NCBI RefSeq assembly: GCF_035444585.1
Contig: NZ_DAOMOZ010000001.1
Span: forward strand, 1,618-65,617
Direction: 5' to 3'
Origin: Agriterribacter sp.
GTDB taxonomy: Bacteria; Bacteroidota; Bacteroidia; Chitinophagales; Chitinophagaceae
Length of the DNA stretch: 64,000 bases
Both the position numbers and the translations under genes were made by a program. Shown one piece after another: positions 39,820 through 49,753 of this stretch. Below the pieces are notes generated by a model. That model was not told the origin of the DNA, made no database searches, and was given only the letters and a program-made list of their open reading frames with translations. Positions within the stretch are counted from its first letter, which is position 1. Each line of letters opens with the position of its first letter.

Positions 39820-40920
39820 TTATAAAAGTTTATATATTTTCCCCGGCAGGCAGGTTATTATACCCTGCAGTTCAAGGTTCAATATAGCAGCGGCAATCAT
39901 GCTGCTGCTAAAGCCGCAACCGGGGGTGATCTCATCAATGGAGGCGGTTTCTTTTTCCCGGATGATTTGCAGGATCGCTTGTTCATGCGGCGTCAGTTCT
40001 GTGAACAATTCCTTCTGCATTACCTTTTTCTTTTCAGGAGCGCCCGACCAGTTCATGAACTGCAGGATATCCGTTGCCGATGTAATTAAAGCCGCTTTAT
40101 TGCTCCTGATCAGGTAATTGCAGCCTGTGCTTTTGCTATCCGTTGCCCTCCCGGGGAGCGCAAACACATCCTTGTTATAGTTATTGGCCAGTTCTGCTGT
40201 TATCATGCTTCCCCCGTTGATATTGGTTTCAATAACTACAGTAGCATCAGAAATACCCGCCACAATGCGGTTCCTTTTTGGAAAATTTTGTTTATCCGGT
40301 TTGGTGCCCGACATGAAATCTGTAAGCAGCCCGCCATTTACCGTCATTTCTTTTGCGAGTATTTTATTGGCGGCAGGATAAATGCGGTCGAGCCCATGGG
40401 CGAGCACCCCAATGGTGAATAATTTGTTTTTTAGCGCGCACCGGTGTGCCAAAGCATCTATGCCGTAAGCCAGCCCGCTCACGATAACCACGTCATTTTG
40501 AGCTAAATCTTCAATTATCCTGCAGGTCATTTCTTTACCGTATTCGGTGTGATTGCGGGAACCGATGACGGATATGACCCTGTTCTGGTTTAGATTGGCG
40601 TTCCCCTTGTAATATAAAAGAGAAGGCGCATCATAGCAATGCAATAAACGCTTCGGGTAGGTTGTGTCTATTTGTGTGAGCGTTGCTATTTTGTATTTCT
40701 CAATGAAGCGAAGTTCTTCTTCCGCTCTGCTGAAGGCATTAAATGTTTTGATGCTTTTTGACCGGATAATGCCTATTCCGGGAAACTTATCAAGGAGGGA
40801 TTTGCGGGCTGCAAAAATACTTTCTGCACTGCCAAAATGCTGTAACAATGCTTTTGCATGCACATCGCCAATATGCGGAACCATGGTTAGCGCAATATGG
40901 TAAAGAAGATCGCTTTGCAT
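39820..40920 (-). CDS. dprA: DNA-processing protein DprA
   Basis: [23 protein letters not shown] and GGSMITA motifs; C-terminal winged helix. Confidence 0.95.
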   Translation of the reverse strand: MQSDLLYHIALTMVPHIGDVHAKALLQHFGSAESIFAARKSLLDKFPGIGIIRSKSIKTFNAFSRAEEELRFIEKYKIATLTQIDTTYPKRLLHCYDAPSLLYYKGNANLNQNRVISVIGSRNHTEYGKEMTCRIIEDLAQNDVVIVSGLAYGIDALAHRCALKNKLFTIGVLAHGLDRIYPAANKILAKEMTVNGGLLTDFMSGTKPDKQNFPKRNRIVAGISDATVVIETNINGGSMITAELANNYNKDVFALPGRATDSKSTGCNYLIRSNKAALITSATDILQFMNWSGAPEKKKVMQKELFTELTPHEQAILQIIREKETASIDEITPGCGFSSSMIAAAILNLELQGIITCLPGKIYKLL

Positions 40921-40993
40921 ATGTGCAGGCGGTGGTGTTGTTCAAAAATTTTACACGGTCATAAAAAGAAGTATCGCGGGAACAAAATACTAT

Positions 40994-41074
40994 AAAAAAC
41001 CCCCTCCCGATAAATCGGGGGAGGGGCACTAATCTTTTAACCGTTAACCATTAAACCTTATCCTATGAAAAGCC
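40994..41074 (-). ncRNA. Candidate sRNA copy A (divergent): GGCUUUUCAUAGGAUA motif plus GC hairpin and U-tract
   Basis: tatcctatgaaaagcc at 41059-41074; cccctcccga/tcgggggagggg hairpin beside an A-run. Confidence 0.45.
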
Positions 41075-41236
41075 GAATTTAAATCGTTTTTTTAATTTAA
41101 GTATTTATACGGCGTAAATTTTTTTCTTTTCTGGCTGCCGTAGCCGGCAAAGCGTCATTTTATGGTTGCGATAGTGTTGAGAATCAATGTTATGACCAAC
41201 TTAAGGGGGAATTTTTTTTATTAACGGAGATCATAT

Positions 41237-41296
41237 AAAAAAAGGGCTGGATGGAAATCCTGCCCCGTTTCTAAATCCAATATCCTATGAAAAACC
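41237..41296 (-). ncRNA. Candidate sRNA copy B
   Basis: Minus strand GGTTTTTCATAGGATATTGGATTTAGAAACGGGGCAGGATTTCCATCCAGCCCTTTTTTT; nearly identical to copy C. Confidence 0.55.
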
Positions 41297-41451
41297 AATA
41301 ATGAGACCAATATTATACTGCAAACGTTGCACAACACATTAATTTTATTTTAAAAAAAGCAAATATTTGAAAGGAAAGGCGGTGGCAGGTTGCTAAATTT
41401 GGATGTTCTGGAAGAGAGGAATTAAAAAGAGTGTCCGAAAAATGGGTTAAT

Positions 41452-41510
41452 AAAAAAAGGGCTGGATGGAAATCCTGCCCCGTTTTAAATCCAATATCCT
41501 ATGAAAAACC
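41452..41510 (-). ncRNA. Candidate sRNA copy C
   Basis: Differs from copy B by a single indel; same hairpin and U7. Confidence 0.55.
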
Positions 41511-41557
41511 GGACATATAACGATATATCCGATTTTTATATTGTTGCAAACAAAAAA

Positions 41558-42136
41558 TTATTTCCAGGTTTGAACAAAATTTTTTCTGTATTGTTCAAAA
41601 GGTGTTTTACCGTAATGGCCCTCGCCAAAATATTTCAAAATCAGCTCCATGTCAGGCGGCTTTAAATAACCGGGAATTACCTGGGGCGCCGAACCGTCGG
41701 CGGGTAAAATAACTGTAGAGGGATAAGAAAGTTGTCCGCCGGTTAACAGGATAGCATAATCATTTACCCGGTAATTTTCATTGTATTTATATTGTCTTCC
41801 GCGCCAGGTAAGTATTTCCTTCGTTTCTGCATTTAATTTGACCGGATAAAAGTTTTTGTGAACATATTGAATAACATGGGCGTTTGTATAGGTGTTCCTG
41901 TCCATTACCTTACACCAGCCACACCAATCGGTATACAGGTCTATAACAATGGCTTTTTTTTGGGAAGCAATTTTAGCTTCCGCTTCAGCAAGTGTTAGCC
42001 ATTGCAGCTTCTCATTTTCTGCAGGGTTGATTATAGTTGTATCTGTTGTATAATCAAAAGGGATGCCTGCAGGCGTGTTCATGCCATATAGCAGGATACT
42101 GGTAGCAACACAAAGAAAAATGCCGGATATTTGCAT
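41558..42136 (-). CDS. Thioredoxin-fold protein (DUF255-like)
   Basis: YTDWCGWCKVMD CxxC; signal-like N-terminus; TATATTTG -7 box at 42156-42163 supports this start. Confidence 0.85.
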   Translation of the reverse strand: MQISGIFLCVATSILLYGMNTPAGIPFDYTTDTTIINPAENEKLQWLTLAEAEAKIASQKKAIVIDLYTDWCGWCKVMDRNTYTNAHVIQYVHKNFYPVKLNAETKEILTWRGRQYKYNENYRVNDYAILLTGGQLSYPSTVILPADGSAPQVIPGYLKPPDMELILKYFGEGHYGKTPFEQYRKNFVQTWK

Positions 42137-42171
42137 TTTGATTCGTTTATTTTTACAAATATAACTCACAA

Positions 42172-42762
42172 TTGAAGCGAAAAATTGTTGTAGCAGTTAC
42201 CGGCGCCAGCGGGTCTTTGTACGCCCGTCAACTGGTGGATAAGTTATCGGCCATACCCGAACAATGGAATGAGCTTGCACTGGTAATTACAGACAACGCC
42301 AGGCAGGTGTGGGAAACGGAGCTCGGCGATGATCCTTTCGATAAATATGCTGTTAATATTTACGGGAAAAATGATTTTAACGCTCCTTTTGCATCCGGTT
42401 CAGGGCAATTTGATACAATGATCATTATTCCCTGTTCTATGGGCACTTTAGGACGGGTAGCCACAGGCGTTTCAAATGACCTGATCACAAGAGCCGCCGA
42501 TGTAATACTAAAAGAAAGAAGAAAGCTGATTTGCGTTGTGAGAGACACGCCGTATAACCTTATTCATATCCGTAATATGGAAACGGTTACCCTGGCCGGA
42601 GGCATCATTTGTGCTGCTACACCTTCTTTTTACAGCCGTCCTCAAACCATTGAAGCTGTAGCCGCCACCGTGGTAGACAGGGTACTTGATCTTTGCGGAT
42701 TTAGTATTGCTTCCTTCCGTTGGGGTACAAATAGTGCGGACCCTACACAGGATCATCCATAA
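42172..42762 (+). CDS. ubiX: Flavin prenyltransferase UbiX
   Basis: VTGASG, ASGS, PCSMGTL, RAADVILKERR and PSFY motifs; TTG start. Confidence 0.92.
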   Translation: MKRKIVVAVTGASGSLYARQLVDKLSAIPEQWNELALVITDNARQVWETELGDDPFDKYAVNIYGKNDFNAPFASGSGQFDTMIIIPCSMGTLGRVATGVSNDLITRAADVILKERRKLICVVRDTPYNLIHIRNMETVTLAGGIICAATPSFYSRPQTIEAVAATVVDRVLDLCGFSIASFRWGTNSADPTQDHP

Positions 42763-43010
42763 AACGATACAATGACTGTAATTAAGCCCGCGGGGTGCCA
42801 TTTATTGAATGACAAACCTGCTACAGCCCTTATATACAGTTCATGTAAACTGGCATGTTGATTACAGTCGTGGCATACGGCTTGTTTACCGAAAAGTAAA
42901 AGTAAATGAAAAATGGATGGATTGTGAAACGGTGCTGCCGGACAAAACCCTGCCTCCACTGATCTGCGATGAAGCGGATTGTAATTACTATCGTTATCCC
43001 GTTCGTAACA

Positions 43011-43062
43011 CACCTCACACACTTATACCTTACACCCTATACCTCATACCTTATATACCTTG
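43011..43062. repeat. Heptamer tandem (YACCYYA-like)
   Basis: tacctta cacccta tacctca tacctta; shares the 17-mer ccttacaccctatacct with 48130-48146. Confidence 0.7.
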
Positions 43063-43069
43063 TCCCCTC

Positions 43070-43741
43070 TTACTGCAGATCTATTACTTCAACATCCGGA
43101 TGTTTGGTAGCATTAAAAACAAAAAAGCTGTTGTCTATTTTTGGGTTGGGAATAAAGCTTGAAACTTTATACACATAACGGTTGCCGTTTTTTTCAAACA
43201 GCCTGGTTGAAACGATGTTCTTTGTTGCCTTGTCTACACATACCAGTATTTTAAAAAATGCTTTATTTTTATCAGTAGGGGTAAGTTCTATTTCCTGTAA
43301 TGTTTTTTTACCTTCTTTTTTCTCGCCATTCAGCTTGTACAGAAAATCTTTTTCATAAAAATTTGTGAATATCTTTTGAGGCGTAAAGCTGCTGCCATCG
43401 GGATCAAATTTACTCACCTGAACCTCATTTGCACCTTTATCATAAGTCCATATTTTCTGCGCATTGCAAAAAATCTCCTGGTCGGTCAGTTCTACTTTAT
43501 ACTGGTTGCCCTTCATATAGGCCGTTCCTTTTTTTGTGCCCTGGATCTTGCCTGCCGCATTTTCAATTTGCAACACAAAATCTGCTTTAACAGTATTGTA
43601 TGTTTTAAATTTAGCGGTTACACCGTCCAGTACTCTTTTAGCGTCGGGGTCATTGGTTCCAAGGGTTTTAACGGAATTTTGTGCTACTCCTGTCAGGGAG
43701 AACATAGCCAGTAGTGCTGTAATAGTTAATATTCCTTTCAT
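43070..43741 (-). CDS. lolA: Outer-membrane lipoprotein carrier LolA-like protein
   Basis: Signal peptide; KGNQYK, IWTYD and NEVQV; downstream of ftsK; TATCTTTG box at 43760-43767. Confidence 0.8.
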   Translation of the reverse strand: MKGILTITALLAMFSLTGVAQNSVKTLGTNDPDAKRVLDGVTAKFKTYNTVKADFVLQIENAAGKIQGTKKGTAYMKGNQYKVELTDQEIFCNAQKIWTYDKGANEVQVSKFDPDGSSFTPQKIFTNFYEKDFLYKLNGEKKEGKKTLQEIELTPTDKNKAFFKILVCVDKATKNIVSTRLFEKNGNRYVYKVSSFIPNPKIDNSFFVFNATKHPDVEVIDLQ

Positions 43742-43833
43742 TCGTTTTTTATTGGTGCGCAAAGATAGTTATTTCAAAGACTGTTGCAACAGCAATATAG
43801 TTTAATGTGATATTGCCGTTACCGGCTTTTATT

Positions 43834-46314
43834 TTACAATGCCTGCAAAAACTCTTCCAATTCCATTTCGGTTTTAAATATTACATCTCTTGCCTTGCTG
43901 CCCTGGTTCGGTCCTACGATCCCTGCCGATTCCAACTGATCCATTAAGCGGCCTGCGCGGTTATATCCCAGCTTCATGCGGCGCTGTAATAATGAAGTAG
44001 ATCCGATCTGGCTTTGAACAATAAGCCGGGCGGCTTCTTCAAACAAAGGATCGCGGTTCCCTGAATCGAAATCTTTGCCTTCCAGCTCTTTTTCATCAAT
44101 ATATTCCGGTAAATAAAAGGGTTGGGGATATCCTCTTTGTTCACCAATGAATTCAACAATTTTTTCTACTTCAGGCGTATCTACAAAAGCGCACTGCAAC
44201 CTGGTTACTTCGCCGTTGTAAGACACCAGCATATCTCCGCGGCCTATCAACTGTTCTGCGCCGCCCGTATCTAAAATGGTGCGGGAATCAATTTTAGAAG
44301 AAACCTTAAAGGCAACCCTTGCAGGGAAGTTGGCTTTAATGGTTCCGGTAATGATATTAACCGATGGGCGTTGGGTGGCAATGATAAGGTGGATCCCCAC
44401 CGCCCTGGCCAATTGGGCCAAACGCGCAATAGGCATTTCAATCTCTTTGCCTGCGGTCATGATAAGGTCGGCAAACTCATCAATGACCAGAACCATAAAA
44501 GGTAAAAACTGGTGGCCTTTTTCGGGATTGAGCCTGCGGGCTGCAAATTTTTCATTGTTCTCCCTTATATTCCGGCAGCCTGCTTCTTTAAGCAGATCGT
44601 ATCGGTTGTCCATTTCAATACACAGGGCATTCAGCGAGTGTACTACTTTCTTGGTGTCGGTAATAATGGATTCTTCTTCACCGGGAAGCTTGGCGAGGAA
44701 ATGCTTTTCAATTACCCGGTATAAGCTCAGTTCAACTTTTTTAGGGTCTACCATCACCAGTTTAAGCTGTGATGGGTGTTTTTTATACAGAAGCGATACC
44801 AGTATGGCGTTAATGCCTACCGATTTACCCTGTCCTGTAGCGCCGGCCATTAACAGGTGGGGCATGGTAGCAAGATCTACAATAAAATGCTCATTGTCTA
44901 TTTTTTTGCCCAAAGCTATGGGCAGTGAAAATTTGTTCTGCTGAAACTTATCCGACGATAAAAGTCCTTTCATGCTTACGATAGACTTTTTAACATTGGG
45001 CACTTCAATGCCAATAGTCCCTTTCCCGGGAATGGGAGCAATGATGCGTATACCCAGGGCCGCAAGGCTTAAGGCAATATCATCTTCCAGGTTTTTTATG
45101 CGCGAAATACGAACGCCTGCAGCGGGAACAATTTCATATAGGGTAACAGTGGGGCCTACCGTAGCGGAGATCTGCCGGATATCAATATCATAATTTTTCA
45201 GCGTGTTGATGATCTGGTGCTTGTTGGCTTCCAGCTCGGAAGCATCCAGCACAATTTTTTCGCTTCCATGGGTTTCCAGCAGATCAAGAGACGGGTACCT
45301 GTAATCCTTAAGATCAAGAACAGGGTCGTAAGGTGGCAGGTTCTCAACTCTTTTTACGGGTGTTTCTTCATCGTCAGGAAGGCCGGCATCATCAGGCTCT
45401 TCTGTACTTTTTAACGCGTTGATCTGCAATTCCAGCTCTGCTGTCGTTTTTTTACGTGACTTGGGGATAATGGTGGTTTTCGGTTCGTGACCGGTTTCCG
45501 ACAACACTATTTTTCCGCCGGAGTCGTTTATCCCTGCCGGATTGATGACCACTACGCCGCCGGGATGTTTGAGGGTATTGCCTTTAGCGTCATTGATCGT
45601 ATTTTCCTCTGTGAACAGCCTTGCTTCTTCGGTAAAGGAATTATCTACCGGCACCAGTTTGCTGTGCCCGTTTTGGTCTTTATATTTTTGTTTTTTAGAT
45701 GGCAGGGAGAAAGACGGGTTAAACCGCCATATAAAATAGGAAAAGCCGCCAACCAGTAAGAGGGCTGCAGTACCCAGTTTTCCTAAAAAACCGCTCAGCC
45801 AGTGGCTGGTTATGTTACCTGTTTCTCCGCCCCACGGAAAGCCGTTGCCCTGTGTAATGAAAGCCAATGCCGTGCTGAAAAATATAAGCCCCACCACTAT
45901 ATACCTGAAATTACGCCAGGGTGAGAAAATCTTTTCACCGAACAACAGGTTCACGCCCATAATAAAAAAGAAAATGCAAAAAAGATAAGATGATAAGCCG
46001 AAGCCTTCGTAAAAAAACATATGGGATATGTAAGCGCCTATACGGCCAAGCAGGTTGGCCGCTTTTATGCTATCGCCAAATAAGAATGCTGAAAAACCCT
46101 GTAATACTTTGTCCTGATCCTGGCGCCATGTAAAAATATAAGAAGTGAATGCTATAAAGAGAAAAAAAGCAATAAGCAGCAGCACGCTTCCCAGTATTTT
46201 ATGGGTGCGTTCATCCTTCACCAGCTCTTTTACTTTGATCTTTTCTGCTTTATCACTTGTAAGTTTTTCAGGATCAGGATATTTAGACTTATTGTTTTTT
46301 AATTTATTAGCCAT
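43834..46314 (-). CDS. ftsK: DNA translocase FtsK
   Basis: N-terminal TMs; GATGQGKS Walker A, IDEFADL and ATQRPS; gamma domain LQRRMKLGYNRAGR. Confidence 0.96.
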   Translation of the reverse strand: MANKLKNNKSKYPDPEKLTSDKAEKIKVKELVKDERTHKILGSVLLLIAFFLFIAFTSYIFTWRQDQDKVLQGFSAFLFGDSIKAANLLGRIGAYISHMFFYEGFGLSSYLFCIFFFIMGVNLLFGEKIFSPWRNFRYIVVGLIFFSTALAFITQGNGFPWGGETGNITSHWLSGFLGKLGTAALLLVGGFSYFIWRFNPSFSLPSKKQKYKDQNGHSKLVPVDNSFTEEARLFTEENTINDAKGNTLKHPGGVVVINPAGINDSGGKIVLSETGHEPKTTIIPKSRKKTTAELELQINALKSTEEPDDAGLPDDEETPVKRVENLPPYDPVLDLKDYRYPSLDLLETHGSEKIVLDASELEANKHQIINTLKNYDIDIRQISATVGPTVTLYEIVPAAGVRISRIKNLEDDIALSLAALGIRIIAPIPGKGTIGIEVPNVKKSIVSMKGLLSSDKFQQNKFSLPIALGKKIDNEHFIVDLATMPHLLMAGATGQGKSVGINAILVSLLYKKHPSQLKLVMVDPKKVELSLYRVIEKHFLAKLPGEEESIITDTKKVVHSLNALCIEMDNRYDLLKEAGCRNIRENNEKFAARRLNPEKGHQFLPFMVLVIDEFADLIMTAGKEIEMPIARLAQLARAVGIHLIIATQRPSVNIITGTIKANFPARVAFKVSSKIDSRTILDTGGAEQLIGRGDMLVSYNGEVTRLQCAFVDTPEVEKIVEFIGEQRGYPQPFYLPEYIDEKELEGKDFDSGNRDPLFEEAARLIVQSQIGSTSLLQRRMKLGYNRAGRLMDQLESAGIVGPNQGSKARDVIFKTEMELEEFLQAL

Positions 46315-46550
46315 GTAACTTCAAGCCTATGGTTAAAGATAAACAAAGATAAGGTGTTTGCTGGGCTGGCTGCTACTAAAAAAAATCTGCAGCGATCAAA
46401 AATTGTTGGTATCACTGAAGGGGGTTCTTAAAACGGGCGCTTCAAAAGGCGAAAATCCGACTGCAGTATGCCGGTGTATAACGGGTATGAATTTCAGGAA
46501 TTTCAGCTAAATTTGCAGCCATAAAATACGCGAATCAATAAGTAAAGCCG

Positions 46551-47129
46551 ATGATTTTACCCATTATAGCATATGGTGCCCCGGTACTGAGAACAGTGTG
46601 TAAGGATATAACACCCGACTATCCTCAACTGAACAGGTTAATAGATGATATGTGGGAAACCATGTATGCTTCCAGCGGGGTAGGGCTGGCTGCTCCCCAG
46701 ATTAATCGCGACGTAAGGCTTTTTGTTATGGACAGCACACAGATTTTTGCCGGTATGGATGAAAATGAAAGAAAGAAATACCCCGATACACCCGGCATTA
46801 AACAGGTTTTTATCAATGCGCATGTTAAAGAACTGGATGGTAAGGAATGGGCGTATAATGAAGGCTGCCTGAGTATTCCTAAAATAAGAGAAGACATTTA
46901 CCGCAACGAGGAAGTAACGATCGGGTATATGGATGAACAATTTCAACCGCATATACAAACATTCAATGGAATAACAGCAAGGGTAATACTGCACGAATAT
47001 GACCATATAGAAGGAAAATTATTCATTGATTACCTGAAACCTTTTAAACGCAGATTAATGAAAGGTAAGCTGGATGATATAACCAAAGGCAAAGTAAGTG
47101 TAGACTATAAAATGTCTTTTGCAAAATAA
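46551..47129 (+). CDS. def: Peptide deformylase
   Basis: GVGLAAPQ, EGCLS and HEYDH motifs; TAAATTTG box at 46508-46515. Confidence 0.97.
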   Translation: MILPIIAYGAPVLRTVCKDITPDYPQLNRLIDDMWETMYASSGVGLAAPQINRDVRLFVMDSTQIFAGMDENERKKYPDTPGIKQVFINAHVKELDGKEWAYNEGCLSIPKIREDIYRNEEVTIGYMDEQFQPHIQTFNGITARVILHEYDHIEGKLFIDYLKPFKRRLMKGKLDDITKGKVSVDYKMSFAK

Positions 47130-48081
47130 ATACCCGCATATACGTCTTATTTTAACAGTGCTGCCGGTACTTTTACTGATACCTGCGGCATTTGTTTCGG
47201 CACAGGAGAGCGATACAGTGCTGATAGATAAAAAGGTAATTACACTTTCAGAGATCATTATCCGCAACAATGTGGATATACCTTCCTTTATTGAAAAGGT
47301 AAAGAACGATACTACTTTTTACAAAGCCTTCCGCAACCTCCGTGTTTTGAGCTTCACTTCGCTGAATGATATCAGGATGTTCAATAAAAAAGGGAAAGTA
47401 AAAGCATCGTTATACAGCAAAACCGCACAATGGGCAAACGAAGGTTGCAGGCATACTACCATATTGCATGAAGACGTAACGGGAGATATGTATGACCATG
47501 ACCGTCATTATAATTATTACACTCCGGAATTATATGCCAGTCTTTTTTTTGCCCCGGACACCATTTGTGGTGAAACCAATATTGTAAAGGGGGCGGAGTT
47601 GAATGTAAAAGGAAAATCAGGCATGGCAAAGCATAAAGAACAACTGAAAATGCTTTTTTTTAATCCGGGCAAAGCCATACCCGGACTACCTTTTATAGGC
47701 GGTAAAACAGCCATTTTTGAAGAAGACATGGCGCCATTTTACGAATATCATCTCGATTTGCAGGAACACCTGGGTGAGCTGTGTTATGTATTTTCCGTAA
47801 AAGTTAAAGACGGTTTAAGCGGAGCAAAAAGAAACCGGGTGGTTATTGATGAAATGACAACCTGGTTTAATGTAAAAACCTTTGAAGTTATTGCCCGTAA
47901 TTATGCCATGAGCTATAAAGCCGGTATATATGATTTTGATGTTCAGATGCAGGTGGAAATGACAAGAACGAATGGTTACATGGTTCCGAAATTATTGCGT
48001 TATACCGGTAACTGGGATGTGGTTTTTAAAAAAAGAGAAAGAGGTGTGTTTACGGCAACGCTGTTTGATTTCGGGGGATAG
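47119..48081 (+). CDS. Hypothetical secreted protein
   Basis: 320-aa ORF with signal peptide overlapping the def stop; no family recognised. Confidence 0.7.
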   Translation: MQNKYPHIRLILTVLPVLLLIPAAFVSAQESDTVLIDKKVITLSEIIIRNNVDIPSFIEKVKNDTTFYKAFRNLRVLSFTSLNDIRMFNKKGKVKASLYSKTAQWANEGCRHTTILHEDVTGDMYDHDRHYNYYTPELYASLFFAPDTICGETNIVKGAELNVKGKSGMAKHKEQLKMLFFNPGKAIPGLPFIGGKTAIFEEDMAPFYEYHLDLQEHLGELCYVFSVKVKDGLSGAKRNRVVIDEMTTWFNVKTFEVIARNYAMSYKAGIYDFDVQMQVEMTRTNGYMVPKLLRYTGNWDVVFKKRERGVFTATLFDFGG

Positions 48082-48148
48082 GGTGGAAGGCGGAAGGTGG
48101 AAGGTTGAAGGTGTGTCTTACACCTCATGCCTTACACCCTATACCTTT
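48082..48148. repeat. Heptamer repeats in inverted arrangement (GGTGGAA-like x4, then YRCCYYA-like x5)
   Basis: ggtggaa ggcggaa ggtggaa ggttgaa ... tgtctta cacctca tgcctta cacccta taccttt. Confidence 0.7.
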
Positions 48149-48207
48149 AACCCCCCTGCATATTATGATCAACTTAATCCTACTTTTGCATCACTTAATC
48201 ATATAAT

Positions 48208-49116
48208 GTGTTTGCGGTAACCATACTTGGCAATAATTCAGCGCTTCCCATGCACAACAGGCATCCTACAGCGCAGGTAGTTCATTATAATGAGCATCTT
48301 TTTTTAGTGGACTGCGGCGAAGGTACGCAGATACAAATGAACAATTACAAGATCCGCCGTAACCGTATCCGCTACATTTTTATTTCACATTTACATGGCG
48401 ATCATTATTTTGGATTGCCGGGTTTGCTCACCAGCTATGGATTAAACGGCCGTACAGAGGATCTCTGGATATTTTCGCCTCCCATGTTGAAGGAGATCAT
48501 AGAAATACAGTTCAGGTCGTCTGATACCCTGTTGCCTTATCCTCTGCATTTTGTTGCTATAGAAAAAGATGGAGTGCTTGTAGATGAAAAGAAGATAACG
48601 GTAAGTTGTTTTGCGGTTAGTCACCGCATTCCGTGCTGGGGCTTTTTATTTAAGGAAAAGGAAAAACCATTAAAACTCAACAGCGAAAAATTGCGGCAGT
48701 ATGCTATCCCTTCCTCATTTTACCAGCAGCTTAAAACAGGTGAAGATTATATTACCAAAGGAGGAGAAACAATAAAAAATGAATGGGTAACAAAGCCGCC
48801 GGAAATTGCTCAAAGCTATGCCTACTGCGCAGATACTTTGTATGATGAAGGCATAGCGGAAAAATGTAAAGGGGTAAGCCTGTTGTATCATGAGGCTACC
48901 TATTTGGACGATCAGAGAGAGAAAGCGCTGAGCCGGATGCATTCTACAAGCCGGCAGGCTGCTGCCATTGCATTAAAAGCCAATGCACACAAATTGCTCA
49001 TAGGTCATTTCAGCAGCAGGTACGAAACACTGGATGATTTTCTTACGGAAGCCCGCGAAGTTTTTCCAAATACGGATTTGGCCATTGAAGGTGCAACTTA
49101 TATTGTACGTACATGA
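48208..49116 (+). CDS. rnz: Ribonuclease Z
   Basis: DCGEGTQ, SHLHGDH, HEATY, HST and GHFSSRY motifs; TACTTTTG box at 48181-48188; GTG start. Confidence 0.94.
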   Translation: MFAVTILGNNSALPMHNRHPTAQVVHYNEHLFLVDCGEGTQIQMNNYKIRRNRIRYIFISHLHGDHYFGLPGLLTSYGLNGRTEDLWIFSPPMLKEIIEIQFRSSDTLLPYPLHFVAIEKDGVLVDEKKITVSCFAVSHRIPCWGFLFKEKEKPLKLNSEKLRQYAIPSSFYQQLKTGEDYITKGGETIKNEWVTKPPEIAQSYAYCADTLYDEGIAEKCKGVSLLYHEATYLDDQREKALSRMHSTSRQAAAIALKANAHKLLIGHFSSRYETLDDFLTEAREVFPNTDLAIEGATYIVRT

Positions 49117-49246
49117 GCAAGGCCCTGCCAGGATATGTGTTATAGGTTTTATTCTTAATATTAAAATAAATTAGCCATCTTTAAAGAACAGTTTGGATTG
49201 GCATGATATTCCATTATCTTTTTATTCATCTAAAATCAGAAATTGT

Positions 49247-49735
49247 ATGAAAAAAACACTTTACCGTTTGCTCCGGGTTTCTATGGTTGTTGCAATGGCC
49301 AGCATCTGGCTTTTTTCGTGTAAACCTAAAATAAGCGGCCAGGACATTGAAGCTAAAATTCAATCGAATTCTGCTTTATCACATCTTGCCGTTACCGTAA
49401 AGGATGGTGTGGTTACGCTTAGTGGTGAAGCCAAAGATGAAGCCGACAGGGCGAATAGCGAAGCTGCCGTTAAAAGTATAGAAGGAGTAAAGGAAGTTGT
49501 AAACAATACAACCATTGCGCCTGCGCCTGCACCTGTTGAAATTGCGGCCGACGACCCGTTAACAAAAGGCATTGCTGATGCGCTCAAAGATTTTCCAACA
49601 GTTAAAGCTACTGCGAATGATGGGGTAATTACCGTTACCGGCGAAACCACGGCCGCCAACTGGAAAAAAATTAAAATGGCATTGGATGGTTTAAAATCTA
49701 AAAAAGTTGATGCAACTGCTTTAAAAATCAATTAA
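49247..49735 (+). CDS. BON-domain lipoprotein
   Basis: Lipobox LFSC; VTVKDGVVTLSGE...GVKEVVNN BON repeat plus a second BON-like repeat. Confidence 0.85.
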   Translation: MKKTLYRLLRVSMVVAMASIWLFSCKPKISGQDIEAKIQSNSALSHLAVTVKDGVVTLSGEAKDEADRANSEAAVKSIEGVKEVVNNTTIAPAPAPVEIAADDPLTKGIADALKDFPTVKATANDGVITVTGETTAANWKKIKMALDGLKSKKVDATALKIN

Positions 49736-49753
49736 CCTAAAAAAAAAGATCTT

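Noticed and set aside
41236-41510. CRISPR, tRNA or leader-peptide interpretation of the 60-nt repeats
   Set aside because: Spacing is over 150 bp, there is no cloverleaf or TTCGA motif, and the plus-strand ATG frames are not conserved between copies.
42809-43162. 117-aa ORF between ubiX and lolA
   Set aside because: It runs through a heptamer repeat and overlaps lolA antisense; no motif recognised, though a gene remnant cannot be excluded.
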